Positions 38,313 through 64,000 of a stretch of 64,000 bases of DNA are shown piece after piece. The DNA comes from Blasia pusilla. Its lineage: Eukaryota. Numbering within the stretch: the stretch's first letter is position 1; each line of letters opens with the position of its first letter. The notes beneath the pieces are model-generated. The model was given only the letters and a program-made list of their open reading frames with translations, did no database searches and was not told where the DNA came from. Position numbers and translations under genes: made by a program. Location: contig CM114271.1 of assembly GCA_050084515.1 (NCBI GenBank), forward strand, positions 48,360,001 to 48,424,000, read 5' to 3'.

Positions 38313-39866
38313 TGTTGTTCACCAACGATGATAAAAATAATCCATTTTTGCGAGGAGATTTATGGAAAGAGTCACCTCAAATCACTTTGTAATGTCACTT
38401 TGCATGGAGCTGTCGATGCATATAGATTTCTAGTGGGCCGAATCGACAAATTTCCAAAAGTTCTATTTGACTGGTGAAATGTATGCTAGCGACAGAAATA
38501 GAAAGTGTGCTAACCTATTTGCCACCTTCACCTTTGCGTCTTTGAACCTTGTTTGTTCACAACTTTCTTGTCCATCGTCTCTTAGTCTGCTTCTCTTCCT
38601 GTCTCTAAGTCTGCCTCTCTCCTTTGCAATCTCTATTTCAACCTCACGACTTTAGGGTGTGTCTGAGACCCATGCTCCCAATTTTGGTTTCTCTCATACT
38701 CAAAATTTTGGTTTCTCTCACGTTCAAAATTTTGGTTTCTCTCACACCAATAGAGGGGACGTTAGGTCAGAGTAGTGCCCTTGCTTTTGTCCCCTCGTTT
38801 TTCATTCACTCATTCCCTTTGTCCCTCCCTTTCCACCCCAACCTGCTCGACAAGGGCGGGAGATGGAAGATCTGCTCAAAATTGAGGGAGATCGATAGTG
38901 CTCCTACTCGACCAGAATCGCAAACCTAAATAAAAAATCCTACACAACCCACAAAAATTCAAATCAATCTCCTTCCTCAAACCCGGGAGGAAATGCCCGC
39001 CCATCCAACTTTATAATATTCACTCTAAAGTTTTCAATTAAAGCATATTTCCATATCCTTATGTCTGACATATGGTCCAATGAGTAGGTGATATGTGGCA
39101 AATTGGAAGTTTTCTATAAAATGCCCTATCTTTATCTTATAACTTTATTAGATTATGCATCAAATTAAACTACTTTGTTATACTTTTAAATCATTTTGAA
39201 AATTTATATTTCCCTTACTTTCTTCTATTTATCTTTTAAAGTCTTTTGTGAAATGGAATAAGAAAACCCTATGCTTTTTTGCACGTGATGGGTCCAACCC
39301 AATAAAATGACCCCCTCGAGCTTGAAAGATTTCAATACCCTCACACGGTTGAAGTCCACGATATGTAAAAAGTAGACGAAGTTCAGAGGTTGTCACTAAT
39401 GGTATACTAGGAAAACAATCATTGAAAACAAAGCCCTCGATGACACTATGGAATACTGAAATTAGTGTACAGACTACTCCTACAAGATAACACTTCAAAC
39501 TTTGAATGGCGTAGTATCACGCAGAAGTAGACAAATGATCGAATGCTATTATTCACATTTGATGGTACAGGAGAGAGATACAGGCATGAGAGCTTCAAGA
39601 TACACCATACCCAAAACTTTATAGCACTATGTCACATTTTGAATTCCAAGGTCTAACTAATTCACCAGGCATAAAAGCGCGCTATCTGGCCTCAATTTTA
39701 CTAAGCACATCCGCCGAGAGAGGGGACCTTGTCTACATACTGGATGAAATTGGTGCACGCTAGAATGGTGGAGAGCTGGGAGAATCGCTCAGAAGGTTGG
39801 CTCGTATTCGTTGGAGGCGATGGTGAGGATGAAGAAATTGACAGCGTGTCCTGAAGCTCCCCATGA

Positions 39867-40005
39867 GGAGAAAAGAGGAGAGGAGAAGAGAAGAGAAGAG
39901 AAGAAAAGAGAAGAGAAGAGAAGAGAAGAGGAGAAGAGAAGAGAAGAGGAGAAGAGAAGAGGAGAAGAGAAGAGGAGAGAAGAGGAGAAGAGAAGAGAAG
40001 AAAGA
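39867..40005. repeat. (GAGAA)n-like purine tract
   Basis: Read directly from the sequence. Confidence 0.95.
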
Positions 40006-40199
40006 TAGATAAAATACCTCATTGTTCATATTAATAAATTAGTATCTAATTGTGACTCCACTACGATGTGAGTATTTCTGGAGTAACTAGGCCAGTTTCA
40101 AAGTAACTAAGAGTAGTAAAAATGACTCTAAGTAGCACGAGTCACAAGGATATGGGTTTAAAATGACCCCTTTTCTACTAATGACAGGGTTGGGCCCGA

Positions 40200-43100
40200 C
40201 GAGGGCTAATGTGTAGCATTGTCCATTCAAGATACAGACATCCTTGGATGGAGCAAGTACGATGCAATTTATCATCCAACATGAGGTCGTGGTGAAGATT
40301 CAATCCATCCATCAGATGAGCTCGTGGTATGAGTCAAGACGATAGTAATCAATGCTAAGACCTATGACGTCTTGGTTGGAGTAGTAGTGTTGTACCCGAA
40401 AGGGTTTTCCGTAGATTACAGGGAGGAGTCAATATCCTTCAGACCAAGGTGGCAATTAGGTGATGGGCAACTTAGCTCGTTACCCGTTCGATTCACGCGT
40501 GGAGTGATCGGGCGACAGCCAAGAGAGATGGCGATATTAGCAACATTCAACGGCGCCAACACTTGGCCTAGTGATTTGATTGAGGGACATGTCCATCTAG
40601 ATGACACACCTGAGCTTGACACTTCTAGAGAGAGGAATGTTATGGTAGCTACATTATTCCATGGAGGAGACGTGTCGTTGTGGGGCTCGAGTGAGGAACT
40701 TCGACCAAGGCCAGTCAAGTGTTGGACAAGGTAGCAGGTTAGTTGATGGAGATGGTGAGGCTCTTGCGACACTTGCAAGAGCATCAGTCCCTTTCTCCAA
40801 TATATATTCTAGAGAATGTATTGATTTTGGGCAATTCAAGGTTAGAGGTGGTGACGAGTGCACATCAAGTGCGTGCTTGGATCGACCCAACAATGTTGTT
40901 GGATGTAGTGAGTATAGGTTCACAAGCACATTTCCTGCGTTTATGGTGGACCAACTTGGTTCCCCATGAGGTACTGCGGAGGGCGTATGCAAGATTGGAG
41001 TGCCCCTCCCATTTGTTGTTGGATTTTATTATGGATCCAAGTCGTCAATCATAGGAGTGAGGCATGATGATTGACCGTCGTTGACTTTGGTCAACAAGAT
41101 TAGCATGCCACGGGCAGCCTTTCCAACCTTTGTGAGTTTTCTCCCTTCCTATGCATACAAGGAGGCCTGACCTGGCTTGGTTTGGGATGATCAAGTGTAA
41201 CAGTTGGTGGAGCCCATAGCCAACGCCGATGAGCGAGAGCAAGCGATGGGATTTCCCATAAGAGTGATTGCACTACGGTCATTGTAAAACGCATCACAAC
41301 CTCATATCTTGGGTGAGGTGATGGACTTGAACTGCTTCACATGGATCATCAGCTTAGAAATAGTTGACAGCCGTCAGATGAGATTGCGACAGGTCATAAC
41401 TGTTGCATTGGTGAGCCCCATGCCTATTGAGGCAGTGGCTGGGGACGAGATCTGAGAAGATTGACATACCAAGGATAATCAAGAGAGACAAGCTTGGACT
41501 TCTTGGGATATTTTGCAAGTACGCTGAGAGATGATAGCCACAACATCAAGCGTGGTGTCAAATACTACATGTGGAGGAGATGAGAGATTGCAGGGAAGCA
41601 ATAGAATCATATTATCCGAGATGGGGTTGCACTATAGCAACTACCGATACCCGCCCTTGAGAGTCCTACTGTAATAACAATGGAGACTTGGGAGGCAGAT
41701 ATGGGCTCTAAGTTGATAGGAGGATAGCGCCATCAGATACAACACTTCCTTAGGAGTTAAAAGGGTTTTTCTGAATTTAGCATGCATGATTTGGGTAGGT
41801 TGAAGGGTCTAAGGATGCGCATTAGGTTGTGTAGCAACACGCCGATCTTTCGTCAATCTTATAGGTACAGTGATATGGAGAGGGCTCTAATTCAGAGTAG
41901 CAGCTAGGACTTGATTGGAGCACGACTAATGGAGATATCGCATGGAGAGTATACATCTACCACTATCATGCTCGCCAAGAAGGGTGTGGATGGCAACTAG
42001 AAAGATAGGTGGATGTATGGAGACTACCGAACTATCAGTGGGTAGACGAAGTCTTGTAGGTATGCTATGCCCAATCCTAAGGAGATCTTTAATGCTATTG
42101 GGCATACAAAGATCTTTAGTTCATTGGATCTTTGAGTCATATACCATCAGTTGCCCATCGAATTGTAGGACAAAAAAAAGATGGCATTCTAGGCGGGGCA
42201 TCGATCCTCACGAGAAGGATTTTCTGTACTAGTGGTGGTTCTTACCATTTGGGTTATAGAACACTCCGGCTGAGTTTTAGAGGGTTATGGATATGATCTT
42301 GGCAGGTCTCGATTTTGTTTCATATCATATTGATAACATCGTAGTCTTTAGCGCCACGGTTGAGGGGCATGAGCAACATCTGGAAGAGGTGTTCCAAAGA
42401 TTTTAGTTACATGCATTAAAGCTACATCTAAGCAAGTGCACGTTCTTCTATGACCAGATTTAGTATGTGGGTCGTAAGATATATGCAGGTGGCCTTGGTG
42501 TGTAGCAGATGAAGATAGAGGCTATTTCACACATTCCAAGTCTTATAAATGTTAGTCGAGTTTGTGCATTCATGGGATTGGCAAATTTCTATTGATGGTA
42601 CGTCAAGCTTTTCAGTTTGATTGCGAAGCCGCTAACCTTGCTGACCAAGGTGGATAATGAATGGCACTGGGGGATGAGTACGAGAGAGCGTTTTAGCTAC
42701 TCAAGGAGAGCTTGATGTCTGCGCCCATATTAAGAATGCCTATCAAGGGCGTCGTTTCCATTTTCATACAGATTGGAGCATGTTGGATTTTCATACATAT
42801 GGGAAGATGGTAGAGTACGCATAGTGCCTCATCCTTCGCATGCCCATGAAGAGTTGGGTCATTTTGGAGTGAAGCGGATGTACATCTTGCTCTAGATACA
42901 ATATTGGTGGCGAGGCATGTAGACTGATGTTCAACTGTTTGTTGAAACGAGCATGGTGTTTGATCAAGTCGGGGCATCATTCAATGCTTTGACTTCACAA
43001 TTGCATCCACTACCGCTCATGGGTTTAGGTTATAGATGGAGTTTAGATTTTGTAGGACCTTTATCTTTGATGAAGCGCCATAGTTATTATGTGTTGGTGA

Positions 43101-44020
43101 TGGTTGAGCACTTCTCAAAGTGGATAGAGTTGGTTGCATTTCTTGACAAAGCGAGTGAGGGAGTAGCGTATGCCTTCTTAGATCGAGTGTTGAGTCCTTA
43201 TGGCGCACCAATTGAGGTGTTGACTGACCACAGAACCGAGTTTTGCAAGAAGTTTCAGGCGTTGATTGACCAGCATACCACGTCGTGAGATCATCTTGAG
43301 GCATATGGACTAGCAACGAGGGTTGTGCACACGGTGAAGAAAGGTTTACGCAAGTATGACTTACAGTGAGATCGCTAGAAGATTGGGACCTCATGTTGCC
43401 GTCGTTGGCGATACGATACAAGTGTTGATTGACCAAGGAACCTAGTTTTGCAAGAAGTTTTAGGCCTTGTGTGATTAGGCGTTGATTGACCACTGTACCA
43501 TGTCGTGAGATCATCTTGAGGCGGATGGACTAGCAAAGAGGGTTGTGCACAGGGTGAAGAAAGGTTTACGCAAGTATGGCTTACAGTGAGATCTCCTAGA
43601 AGATTGGGACCTCATGTTGCCGTCGTTGGCGATAGGGTACATGCTTAGCAAGAAGGCATCCTTAGCATCTTTCTCACCGTACTTGTTGTTTTATGGGCGA
43701 GAGCCAGATTTACTTGTGGTCATTCGTCGAGATGGTGGTGAGGTGTTGAACCTCATCAGTATCTCGAGAATATTCTCAGAGGGTCGGGTTTTTTCAAAGA
43801 GTAATGCCCATGGCCTTTGAGAATTTGGCAGTTGCGCAATATCGGGATATGTTGAGGTATGCAAGTATTCGAGGAGGTGGTTATCGACCGACTACCAGAG
43901 ATTTCATCAGGAAGATTATATCTATTTGCAATAAAAATCACCTACAACGGTAGATATGAATGTAGGACACATCATCTTGAGAGTACGTAAGGTATCACCA
44001 TTTGGTGTTCTCTTGTATGA
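40200..44020 (+). mobile_element. Gypsy copy C, internally deleted (PR tail, partial C5-DNMT, RT, INT)
   Basis: YILENV and LRLWWTN at 40800-40955; RT remnants 41770-42500; deletion across RNase H at ~42790; integrase with an internal duplication (43260-43410 / 43480-43640). Confidence 0.85.
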
Positions 44021-46880
44021 TTTGGATAACAATTTTGCGAGTATGTTGAGTCTGGATTGATCGATAACAATTTTCCCTTTTCACTATTTTTAAATAACAC
44101 CCACTAACAAAAGGACATTTAGAATACTCAATAAAGGGACCTTAGAGTACCATGTAAACCCACTCTAACCTCTTATGATGGGATCCATGAATGAAGTGAT
44201 GGCCTTATTCTAGAACTAACATAAAGTAAATTCTTCCGCTAAAATAAGTTTAACCATGAACATACCAATTAGTTACTAGATACCTACGGAGGAAGATGCC
44301 AAGATACAAAACTAGTTCATGCATCAACTACCGATTCCCCCATAGTTCCCCAAACCAAAAGGAACCACTTTCAAGTGAGTTTTGACTTTAGCAATCCCCA
44401 CTCCACCCCTCGAAGTTCATACAAGAGTTAGTACACTCCCCACGAAGTACCCACCCATCGCCCTAATCTCGATGCTCGAAGGACCTGATTTCAAGTGTGG
44501 TTTACTCCCCCGTCTACTCGACTCCACTCCAAGTTCCAACAAGAGGGAGTGCCCCTTTGTCCCCGCTCCTGCAAGGAGAACTTCAAGGTTATTTACCTAT
44601 TCCGCCTAAACTCATCTCCACTTCACTCCAATGAGAATGACACCCTCGAAGTTATTTACACCAAGAATGAATGACTGAATGCACTCACCACGCACGGAAC
44701 ATAAACCTATCGCTCGCTCTCCTCCCCATGCTGCACCAGCGTGATTTGAAGAGCTTGAAGAGGGTTTGACTTTAGTCCTGCGCTGCTCCGGATTAGTTGT
44801 TTGTGAACTGCTATGTAACAAACGACACGTAGGATGACCACAGGAGTTGGAGATGCGAGGAGAGAGAACTGTGCACGGATGGACATGCGGAGCTTCGGAT
44901 ATCGGCATGTGAGGCTGAAGGGGCGGTGTTGTGTTTAGATTTGTTTCAAGTGGAAGAGAATCAGGAACGGATGTAACTTCAATGTTAGGATGGAAGGAGA
45001 GAGACGCCCAAGCATGTGGGTGGGCTGCTGTGCATGATCTCCCGAGATTTGTGGTGGTTGGTTCGAACACTCCAAGTACCAACTCACTGATTGATTGAAT
45101 AATTGAATAATGGCAAGGGAGTAGTGTAGACCCTCGCAACGAGTGACGAGCGCCATGTTTGACGTAAGCTTCCACACTGTTTGCGGTTATTCGCCTTCAT
45201 CCCGAACATATGCTGCAGGCTTGTCCTGATGGAACTGTAGTATTCCGTAATCCGTAGGATGATGCGCGCAACGGTACCACTCGACCATGGAGGACCGCCA
45301 TCGCCATCGCCACCCAACTGTTATGGATCTGCTCTTTTTCCGCGACAGTATTCCAATCATATCCACAGGACATCTCTCGGGATTTGCCTACTTTCTTGAT
45401 GGATGATGCAGACCCAGGGGCTCCCAAAAGTTGTTTTCGCAGGTGGAATCTGCGCAACCCTACAATTGCCAATCGCATGAAGTTGGTGCATTCTCTACTT
45501 TTCAATGCGTCATATCTGGTCGACTCCCACTACGAGAATCCTAAGGGATCTGACAGACTCTCGTCGTGGGGAGAGCTCCAGTCATCCCAATCCGCCAATA
45601 TCGTCAGGTGACAGGACGATCAGCCGCGACTCCTCACATTTTTTAAGCTGGTAATGTACCTTATTTACTATGACGAAAGACTATGTAGAAGCTCAAGCAC
45701 AGCGACCTTCAAAATTTCGCGACGCCAGTCGACCGAGCGGATGGGCTGCCTTTGATGAATCCATTGTTAAAAAGCTGATGGATGATATTGCCTTGGTTCC
45801 CACAATTTACACAATGTGAAGTACAAGAGAAGCTCGCTCCCTCCCTCGCTCACTGACTATACCGCGGCTACCGCCCCCTGTTTATGGCCGTTTCTTCTTA
45901 CTGCCTGAGCTATTAGGTACAGATCGGAAAAGTAAATGACGAAATAGTAACGGAATCAAATGCTATTATTGAGAAACTTACAAGGTGGCCATTCCTCTGC
46001 AGATGGTGGACGGTACTATGTGGTGAATGGTACTTAGTACCATCCACGAACCAGCAAACTTCTCAATTCCCCATCCTTCACGTCAATATTGCCCCATCTT
46101 ATAAAATCGGCTTTCCTCCGATACTCGAGGGTCTGCATTCACTCAAGAGCCTTGTTACCAACTTTCCCTGTATAAAGAGCATTAGCTCAGTGCAGCAACT
46201 TTACACATGGAGTCCGAAGCATATTGAACTAAGAAAATCTTTTTTGATCGGATCTTTTATGCCCAATCATTAAACAAGCTTTTCGTAGTTCAATCTGACT
46301 CCTTGTTTAATCGGATCCTCTCATTAGGATTGACCCACCGGTGCGATACTCCCTTCCAGCGGGGTATCCTTCCCAATCCTGCCTTAGTATTTCCTTTCCG
46401 CCTCCTTTCACTATTTCAGATTACGGTACGCAGATGCGTGGATCCAGCTTCCATACCATTCGAACGGAACAGTGCCTTTATTTGCTGTAAATGTCAGTTT
46501 GGAGCTCTTCTGTACACCCACGCGGTTTTCCCGACGGAATGGAGACCTGTTCATTCTTTTCGCATATTATTAAGGTCCACGTGCTTATAGATACCCGTAA
46601 GGTGCCCGTGCTATTACCGGGTGCAAGATGTGTCTTTGTACATAAAATGTAATTTCTTTTTTAAAAAGAATTTTGATATAAGTATCTTTTTATTTGCAAC
46701 ATGGATGGAATTTTTTTCACTTCTAGATAATACAATTCATCATGAAAAAATGTGAGAGCAAATAAATATATTCAAATATTTTATATAATTTGATTTTGAG
46801 AATTATTAATAATCATAATAAATGTAGATAAATAGGAAATTAAAAATTACGTAAATAAAATGGAAAATAAACGTTAGAGG

Positions 46881-47017
46881 TGTTATATGCAGATACATCG
46901 TTATGTAACATATATTGTTGTCACCGAGCATACACACGAACACGTACGATCCTATGCTAATTTATGACATCCAAATATCGAGACAAGAAGTACCAAAATA
47001 TTTCCAATTAAATCAAG
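46881..47017 (-). repeat. Isolated copy of the B-end/A terminal segment of the copy-A family
   Basis: Reverse complement cttgatttaATTGgaaatattttggtacttcttgtctcg...cggtgacaac...tataaca matches 17607-17742. Confidence 0.8.
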
Positions 47018-47101
47018 TAGTCCTATCTGTAAGTGACAATTAAATCAAGTAGTCCTATCTGTAAGTGACAATTAAATCAAGTAGTCCTACCTGTAAGTGA
47101 C
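47006..47101. repeat. Three tandem 32-bp units (aattaaatcaagtagtcctatctgtaagtgac)
   Basis: Read directly from the sequence. Confidence 0.9.
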
Positions 47102-47749
47102 TGTGGAAAGAGCCAACCAACACCAAAGGGTTAGAACTTGACAGAAATAAAGCTGAAACTGTAACTAAGACCTTTCTATCCTCGAGGCAAAAAATTGTCT
47201 CACTTCAACTTAGCTCTCTCACAACCCAGCATCCCCAACCTGGATGGGGAATACCAGCATGTTTATGTGAGATGCTCAAAGGCCCCCCAGAGTTCGGACG
47301 TGGGCAGCGAGTTCAATCTGGTCTACAGGAGGAGACCACGGTTCCACATGATCATTTTTGGTGTACGTACCCCGATGAGACTTTGTCTCATTTAAGATCA
47401 TGTCGCAGTTTGGGCTTTGAATTCGGCTCTTCTTTGGGGTTACTCGGATGATGAACGGCAATCAATGTATCTTCAAGGCGTCTATCAAGGCGAGGAGGCC
47501 AATACTTGGCTTGCCACAAAAACCAGGTGTCTCAAGATCCGAGACGTGCCTACAACCGGAGAGCTATGGTAGTCGAGGGTGGTTCGGCTTGAAGGAAAGG
47601 CCCATCTCCACAAAACCGCTGGTGATCTACACACCTAATGTCTTTAGTATTCTCCAAGGGACCAGCGATGAAGAGCCTGCACATGAAGATGTTCCATGTC
47701 GCATGACCACACCGACGCCAAAAGCGTGCCCGCCAATCCCCAACCCACT

Positions 47750-61079
<13,330 letters not shown>

Positions 61080-62315
61080 TGTCGTGTCGAGAATCTTTCT
61101 TCGAGCAAGGGCGGGCCTTCTAGCTGCGGTAGATGCGGTCGATGCAAGATGAACTCTCTAATAAGTTCTCCTTTTTCAATACAAAATTATGATGTACATT
61201 CTCCATTCTCTCACGAAAGGTATCACAAATGGAAGTGCCGAGGCGATCACTTCTTCTTAATATCGGACCCCGAAATTTCTAACTATAAAATCCCTATAAA
61301 CTATTTTACGCTTGTACACGAGGAAGATAGCACAATTAGTGTTAAACCCTACTTGACCACGCCTATTGACATCCATGGATCGCTATATAAGGACATACAA
61401 AGTACAATCCCATGTCCTTCCATATGTGATGATAGGAAGAATCACCGGAGTTGGAGATTGCATGACCTGGTTCATGAACGCCTCCCCCATAGTGATAAAC
61501 TAAATAGCGAGTGAACCAGTGCCTATCTACAAAGAGTACCTTGACATGGTAAGGATTGAGGAAAGGAAAGTCGGGCACAACTCGTGCTCCACCCCTATCC
61601 ATGCTTGACAGACATTCTCTACTCTCCTCAAGAATGGGTTTTGGCGGAGTTATTCTCCCAAGAGGGGTAATCCACTCTCATTGGGAAAGTAACAAGCCAA
61701 AACATCCGCTATTTTAGTATGACTAAACTCCTCTACGGTGACAAACCTCTCATCCCCCCCACACACACACACCACACTCGAGAAACCTCTCGAAGAATAG
61801 ACCATGATCAAGTTACTCTCCCAAGAGGGGTGATCCACTCTCATTGGAAGAGCAAGCAATCCCAAAGCCATACACTCAAGAGAGACACGAGAGACTCAAG
61901 ATGTGGAATACAAGGTGATGAACCCTTGAAGGTCCCTCCTCTTTATATACTCACAAGGGATCCACAAGAGTACGAAATAGAGCTTATCTTATCTTGTGCC
62001 ACATGGCTTCCTCTCAAGGCTTAGCCAATCACATTTTGACACAAGTAGATTTCCTCTTATCTCTTCCAAAATATCCTCTTTTACCCACATGATATTTTCC
62101 AAATTACCCCAACTAACCTAACCACCAACCAAGACTACTTTTGCTTTTCATTAAAGCAACTACTTTACTTTTATAAAGTCATCTTTTATTTATTACCTCC
62201 TTTTCCTAAAGTTAGGCCCGCATAAAAGAGGCACCATAAAGAGTTTTAAACATAAGAATTTCCTTTTTCTAAGCCAATTTACTTAATACTAATGAAACTC
62301 TATCTAACACTTAAT
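61080..62315 (-). mobile_element. LTR of a different Gypsy family (E), inverted, lacking its first ~40 bp
   Basis: 61510-62315 is the near-identical reverse complement of 63203-64000. It ends ...CACGACA at 61080 on the - strand. Confidence 0.9.
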
Positions 62316-63068
62316 TTTATTCTAGAGGATATTGTTGCTCAATATGGGAGTGTCGGGAGAATCCGTGCAGATAGAGGTGAGCTGAATGCGGAGGAAGCAC
62401 GAGAGTTCTTCAAGAGATATGGAGTCCAGTTGAGATTAACAACCTCCATGAATCCGGAGGCAAACGGCAAGAGCGAAAGGGAACATCCACCAATCATTCA
62501 AGCATTGGTAAAGGCGTGTGGAGATCGTTATGGTGATTGGCCTAGATTACTTCCATTTGCTTTATGGGCTGATAGAACCACTCACAACACCATTACAGGG
62601 TTCATGCCTACAAAGTTGATGACAGGTCAAAAGCTGATAATGCTTGCAGAAGGAGATATACCCACTTGGATGGGTTTGCCATGGAAAGACGGGCTCGATA
62701 GGGAAGAGCTCCTAGCACTTGGAATGCAGTAGCTAAAGCGGCGGGAAGAAGATATTGCAGAAGCATTAGTCAAAATGAAGGAAGCAAGGTTGAAAAATAA
62801 GGAGCGCTTCGACAAAACTCATCGACTTCGGAAGGAGCCGATAAGAGAAGGAGATTGAGTCTTGGTGCACGACAACAGCCTCGACAACCAGCATAGTACA
62901 ATTAAAAAGTTTGCACGTCGCTGGTTTTGTCCATACGTTGTAGTCTTTGCTTTTGACAATGCCACTTACAAACTACGTGAACTAGATGGCACGATTCTCA
63001 AGCTGCCCATTGCGGGAAAAAGAGTCAAGATTTTTCGTAGACGTGAAGGATTTCTTGATTTCGATTGA
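62313..63068 (+). pseudogene. Gypsy integrase C-terminal fragment (family E)
   Basis: RIRADRGE...NPEANGKSERE...LPFALWADRTT...KFARRWFCPY...ATYKLRELDG; in-frame stops. Confidence 0.9.
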
Positions 63069-63144
63069 ATGTGTCTAGAGGCACAACATAAATAAGTCTA
63101 TAGCAAGAAGTCACGATGTTTCGAAACATACCGGAGGATGTGCA

Positions 63145-64000
63145 GGTTAGGAGGGGGTGAATGTCGTATAGTAAAATCAATCAGTATGTAAATTCCTTCG
63201 TCATTAAGTGTTAGATAGAGTTTCATTAGTTTTAAGTAAATTGGCTAAGAAAAAGGAAATTCTTATGTTTAAACCTCTTTATGGTGCCTCTTTTATGCGG
63301 GCCCAACTTTAGAAAAGGAGGTAATAAATAAAAGATGACTTTATAAAAGTAAAGTAGTTGCTTTAATGAAAAGCAAAAGTAGTCTTGGTTGGTGGCTAGG
63401 TTAGTTGGGGTAATTTGGAAAATATCAAATGGGTAAAAGAGGATATTTTGGAAGAGATAAGAGGAAATCTACTTGTGTCAAAATGTGATTGGCTAAGCCT
63501 TGAGAGGAAGCCATGTGGCACAAGATAAGATAAGCTCTATTTCGTACTCTTGTGGATCCCTTGTGAGTATATAAAGAGGAGGGACCTTCAAGGGTTCATC
63601 ACCTTGTATTCCACATCTTGAGTCTCTCGTGTCTCTCTTGAGTGTATGGCTTTGGGATTGCTTGCTCTTCCAATGAGTGGATCACCCCTCTTGGGAGAGT
63701 AACTTGATCATGGTCTATTCTTCGAGAGGTTTCGAGTGTGGTGTGTGTGTGTGGGGGATGAGAGGTTTGTCACCGAGAGGAGTTTAGTCATACTAAAATA
63801 GCGGATGTTTTGGCTTGTTACTTTCCCAATGAGAGTGGATTACCCCTCTTGGGAGAATAACTCCGCCAAAACCCATTCTTGAGGAGAGTAGAGAATGTCT
63901 GTCAAGCATGGATAGGGGTGGAGCACGAGTTGTGCCCGACTTTCCTTTCCTCAATCCTTACCATGTCAAGGTACTCTTTGTAGATAGGCACTGGTTCACT
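63145..64000 (+). mobile_element. PPT plus 3' LTR of family E, running off the window
   Basis: PPT ggttaggagggggtgaa followed by TGTCGTA at 63162. Confidence 0.9.

Noticed and set aside
38313-39300. LTR-like sequence truncating the first LINE
   Set aside because: It starts with TG and has short internal repeats, but no second copy, clear end or TSD is visible in the window.
44600-45800. ORFs of 75-187 aa on both strands
   Set aside because: No recognisable domain or splice structure.
47006-47101. 32-bp repeats as a CRISPR-like array
   Set aside because: The units are contiguous with no spacers, and the context is eukaryotic.

Overview
Repeat-rich land-plant nuclear DNA, probably from a non-seed plant (inferred from gene and TE content). 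There is one intact host gene: a 4-exon GH3 acyl-acid amido synthetase on the - strand (24948-27818, about 660 aa). The rest is decayed mobile DNA. (1) A MULE/Mutator-like transposase (~1.8-4.65 kb) is followed by an intron-containing beta-class N4C/N6A-type DNA methyltransferase domain. Both introns are packed with the same palindromic motif. (2) Four copies or fragments of one Ty3/Gypsy lineage are present. Three retain a C5-cytosine methyltransferase domain between protease and RT, and three retain a PHD finger after integrase. Their termini are split (B...internal...PPT-A-B-A), with an apparent LTR-LTR circle junction and a self-priming-type PBS. (3) A different Gypsy integrase fragment lies between inverted LTRs. 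(4) Also present: two LINEs next to (GA/CT)n tracts, a Copia gag fragment, an EDM2-like multi-PHD pseudogene fragment and degenerate telomere-like repeats. All TE ORFs carry stops or frameshifts. Domain calls were made by eye from motifs, not by database search.
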